A stretch of 7,262 bases of DNA from a virus: the IMG/VR virus record IMGVR_UViG_3300009076_000004, positions 1 through 7,262 of that record, one strand, 5' to 3'. The translations under genes were made by a program, and so were the position numbers. The notes beneath the pieces were generated by a model that saw nothing but the letters and a program-made list of their open reading frames with translations, was not told the origin of the DNA and made no database searches. Shown here piece by piece: positions 5,401 through 7,262 of the stretch (its first letter is position 1; each line of letters begins with the position of its first letter).

Positions 5401-6731
5401 TCAACGGCATTGAAGGCATTCCAGGCTCGGGCAAATCCTATGAGGCTGTTGCATTTCACGTGCTTCCAGCATTGCAGGCCGGGCGCCTGGTCATTACGAA
5501 TCTGCCCCTCCTGGTCAAGATGCTCGTTGCCGTCAATCCCGGTTACGCCGATCTGATCGAACTCCGCACCAAGGCGCAGCCTGTGCTGGGCACCTGGGAT
5601 GCGTCCCGTTTGGATGAAGACGGCAACGGCGAGGCTTTCCAGTTGTTCCCCGATGGCTACGACTTCGCCAGGCATTTGGAAGTGCGCACCAAGGGGGAAG
5701 CCCTCCAGTTGTTCAGCGAGGGCCGTGTTTACGTGTTCCCGGCCACCGTAGCGCCCTTTTCCCAGGTGTGGGACTACTACACCACCTGGAAGCACCCCAA
5801 GACCGGCCAGGGTCCGCTTTTCATCATTGATGAGGTGCACGTCCCGCTCCCTCGCCAGAAGGCTGACGAACAGGTGCGCGAGTGGTTCTCGTTGCACCGT
5901 CACTTCAATGCCGACGTGCTGCTCATGTCTCAGCGCTTCCGCAAGATCCACCCGGATATTTCCGAGTTGTGCGCCATGCTGGTTCGCTGCCGCAAGGCCG
6001 ACATTCTTGGTCGTTCTGGCTCCTACATTCGCAAGGTCCATGCAGGCTATCCAGGCGCGGTGATCAGCACCGAGGAACGCAAGTACAAGCCCGAGATCTT
6101 CGGCCTCTACAAAAGCCACACACAAGGCAATTCTGTCGCGGAGGCGGGGGCCAGCGACGTTAAACCGCTCACCGTGCAATTCCGCCGCGTCACCTGGTTG
6201 GTGTGGCTCATTGCTGCCTCTTTCTGCGTGTACGCCTTCTGGCCCAAATCGAAACCCGAACCCAAGCCAGTTGACACCTCCTGGCTCAAGGATCTCCCGC
6301 CAGGTCCACCACGTGAAACCTTCGCACCTGGTGACATTCGCCCTGCAACCGTTTCACCATCTGCACCAGTTGCAAGTGCAAAGCCAATTGATTCCGGCGT
6401 GCCTGGTACGCCTGATCCCTTTGAAGGGAAAACCATTCACCTCACCGGGTGGATGAAATTCGGATCTCGCCAGGTCTATACCTTCACGATTGCTGACGCT
6501 GGGCGGCGCATCTTTGATTTGCAGTTGGCCGACCTGGCGCGCTCGGGCTATTCGTTTCAGCCCTTGGGTGAGTGCGCGGGTCTGCTGGTGTTCGATGGCA
6601 AGTCCAGGCCGGTGACGTGTGACGCTCCCGTGCTGGCCGTTGCATCGCCCTCTACGCCCATCGTTGTCTCTCAGACCACCGGGCGACGTTCTGACGATTC
6701 GATCAACCCTTCCAGGTCGCCCAACCTTTGA
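5397..6731 (+). CDS. Zot-like assembly ATPase (gene I equivalent)
   Basis: 444 aa. The Walker A motif sits at the extreme N-terminus (GIEGIPGSGKS) and the Walker B motif is LFIIDEVH. A central transmembrane helix (VTWLVWLIAASFCVYAFW) is followed by a Pro-rich linker and a C-terminal periplasmic domain. This is the typical pI/Zot topology. Confidence 0.9.
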   Translation: MINGIEGIPGSGKSYEAVAFHVLPALQAGRLVITNLPLLVKMLVAVNPGYADLIELRTKAQPVLGTWDASRLDEDGNGEAFQLFPDGYDFARHLEVRTKGEALQLFSEGRVYVFPATVAPFSQVWDYYTTWKHPKTGQGPLFIIDEVHVPLPRQKADEQVREWFSLHRHFNADVLLMSQRFRKIHPDISELCAMLVRCRKADILGRSGSYIRKVHAGYPGAVISTEERKYKPEIFGLYKSHTQGNSVAEAGASDVKPLTVQFRRVTWLVWLIAASFCVYAFWPKSKPEPKPVDTSWLKDLPPGPPRETFAPGDIRPATVSPSAPVASAKPIDSGVPGTPDPFEGKTIHLTGWMKFGSRQVYTFTIADAGRRIFDLQLADLARSGYSFQPLGECAGLLVFDGKSRPVTCDAPVLAVASPSTPIVVSQTTGRRSDDSINPSRSPNL

Positions 6732-6766
6732 CCCGCTGAACGGTAGCTATTAGCAGACCAAAGGTA

Positions 6767-6794
6767 TTGACGTGACGCGTCACGGTGATACAAT
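6767..6794 (+). promoter_or_regulatory. Near-consensus sigma70 promoter with extended -10 and an embedded palindromic operator
   Basis: TTGACG is at 6767-6772, followed by a 16-nt spacer, TG at 6786-6787 and TACAAT at 6789-6794. A perfect 14-bp palindrome CGTGACGCGTCACG (6771-6784) fills the spacer, and TCACgGTGA (6780-6788) overlaps it. AAGG lies 7 nt before ATG 6820. Confidence 0.65.
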
Positions 6795-6819
6795 AGAGGC
6801 ATCAACACAAGGTGCCCAC

Positions 6820-7056
6820 ATGACACAAATCGACCTCTTCGCTCCTGTTCTGCACACACTTCACCCGCCTCACTTCACTGGCAGGCCGGAGTGCATGCAT
6901 CATTGCCGTGCTGAGTTCACGTTTGATTGGCACGATTTCGGCGGTCCTATCGATGCCCCTATCACCATCGCTTGCGGCTCTGTCTCGACTGGTGAGCTTC
7001 GCGACGGTCGTATTCCTGCGTTTGATTTCGAGTTCCGTGCAGGGTGGTGCAAATGA
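6820..7056 (+). CDS. 78-aa hypothetical protein with Cys/His cluster (first gene of the post-zot cassette)
   Basis: ATG 6820 has an AAGG Shine-Dalgarno sequence. The track's GTG 6772 start lies inside the promoter and is therefore unlikely. Translation: MTQIDLFAPVLHTLHPPHFTGRPECMHHCRAEFTFDWHDFGGPIDAPITIACGSVSTGELRDGRIPAFDFEFRAGWCK. I recognised no family. Confidence 0.55.
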   Translation: MTQIDLFAPVLHTLHPPHFTGRPECMHHCRAEFTFDWHDFGGPIDAPITIACGSVSTGELRDGRIPAFDFEFRAGWCK

Positions 7057-7151
7057 GCGCGCTTGAGGTGTGCGGCTGGCTTGTTTGGACGTGGTTTTGG
7101 TCCTACACAATTTTTATGTTGCTTCGATCTGCTGCAAGGGCGTCGAAATGA
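7053..7151 (+). CDS. 32-aa Trp-rich single-pass membrane peptide (second gene of the cassette)
   Basis: ATG 7053 overlaps the upstream TGA as ATGA, and its own TGA (7149-7151) overlaps the next ATG as ATGA. Translation: MSALEVCGWLVWTWFWSYTIFMLLRSAARASK. It has a hydrophobic, aromatic core and a basic tail. It is not in the ORF track. Confidence 0.5.
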   Translation: MSALEVCGWLVWTWFWSYTIFMLLRSAARASK

Positions 7152-7262
7152 AAACGCCAGCTCAACGCCAGGCCGAACGCCGTGCCCGCATCAAGGCCAC
7201 CGACATGGCCGAGGTTCGCGGGATCTTTGCGCCACCCGAGCAGCACGCCGCTATTCGCGCCC
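7140..7262. repeat. Right copy of the exact 123-bp terminal direct repeat
   Basis: Identical to 1-123. Confidence 0.97.
7148..7262 (+). CDS. 5' part of the 57-aa arginine-rich protein (second, window-truncated copy of 9-182)
   Basis: Same sequence as 9-123, and the window ends before the stop. This copy shows the native upstream context: AAGGG Shine-Dalgarno and the ATGA overlap with the 32-aa ORF. Confidence 0.6.
   Translation, partial: MKTPAQRQAERRARIKATDMAEVRGIFAPPEQHAAIRA

Larger units (their letters stand above)
1..7262 (+). mobile_element. Complete filamentous phage (inovirus-like) genome, unit length 7139 bp, shown with 123 bp of terminal redundancy
   Basis: The gene order is rep, ssDNA-binding candidate, small ORFs, signal-peptide major coat, pIII-like, pVI-like, then Zot/pI ATPase, all on the + strand. 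One HTH regulator is divergent. The size and tight start/stop overlaps are typical of Inoviridae. The exact duplication 1-123 = 7140-7262 closes the circle, and no host-like genes flank it. Confidence 0.85.

Noticed and set aside
5049-6179. 376-aa minus-strand ORF antisense to the pVI-like and Zot-like genes
   Set aside because: It lies opposite a gene with clear Walker A/B motifs. It has no motifs of its own and runs against the single-direction operon, so it is a shadow ORF.
6772-6819. GTG 6772 as the start of the 94-aa track ORF
   Set aside because: The codon lies inside the -35/spacer of the predicted promoter. ATG 6820 has a proper AAGG Shine-Dalgarno sequence downstream of the predicted transcription start.
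7097-7124. Partial XerD-arm-like motif (TTATGTT at 7114-7120) as a dif-like attP
   Set aside because: Only the XerD half resembles dif (about 7-8 of 11). The XerC arm matches about 3-5 of 11, and the segment lies inside the 32-aa ORF. That is not enough to call it.
1-7262. tRNA, rRNA, CRISPR array, IS element or transposase
   Set aside because: I saw no cloverleaf-like segments, no regularly spaced direct repeats and no terminal inverted repeats. The only long repeat is the 123-bp terminal duplication, which circularity explains.

Overview
The window appears to be one complete filamentous ssDNA phage (Inoviridae-type) genome. Bases 1-123 are repeated exactly at 7140-7262, so the non-redundant unit is 7139 bp and the window reads as a circle opened inside a small gene. 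No host flanks are visible. All genes but one lie on the + strand in the usual inovirus order. They run: Rep_trans/RstA-like replication initiator (1223-2428), putative ssDNA-binding protein (2444-2764) and three small translationally coupled ORFs. Next come a textbook major coat protein (3373-3588), a 34-aa hydrophobic ORF, a pIII-like adsorption protein (3693-5066), a pVI-like protein (5068-5400) and a Zot/pI-like assembly ATPase (5397-6731). One HTH regulator (447-881) is divergent from rep, as rstR is in CTXphi. The least explained part is a cargo cassette downstream of zot that crosses the circular junction. It has a near-consensus sigma70 promoter with a perfect 14-bp palindrome in its spacer (6767-6794). 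That promoter drives three start/stop-overlapped small genes: a 78-aa Cys/His-containing protein, a 32-aa Trp-rich membrane peptide and a 57-aa arginine-rich protein. Four of the small ORFs I call are under 60 aa and absent from the supplied ORF track. Two non-coding regions are strongly structured: a G-run/hairpin block at 191-294 and a GC-rich repeat/hairpin cluster at 1106-1200 just upstream of rep. I saw no secretin (pIV), integrase, tRNA, rRNA or CRISPR array. All family assignments rest on motifs, architecture and synteny read by eye, with no database search.
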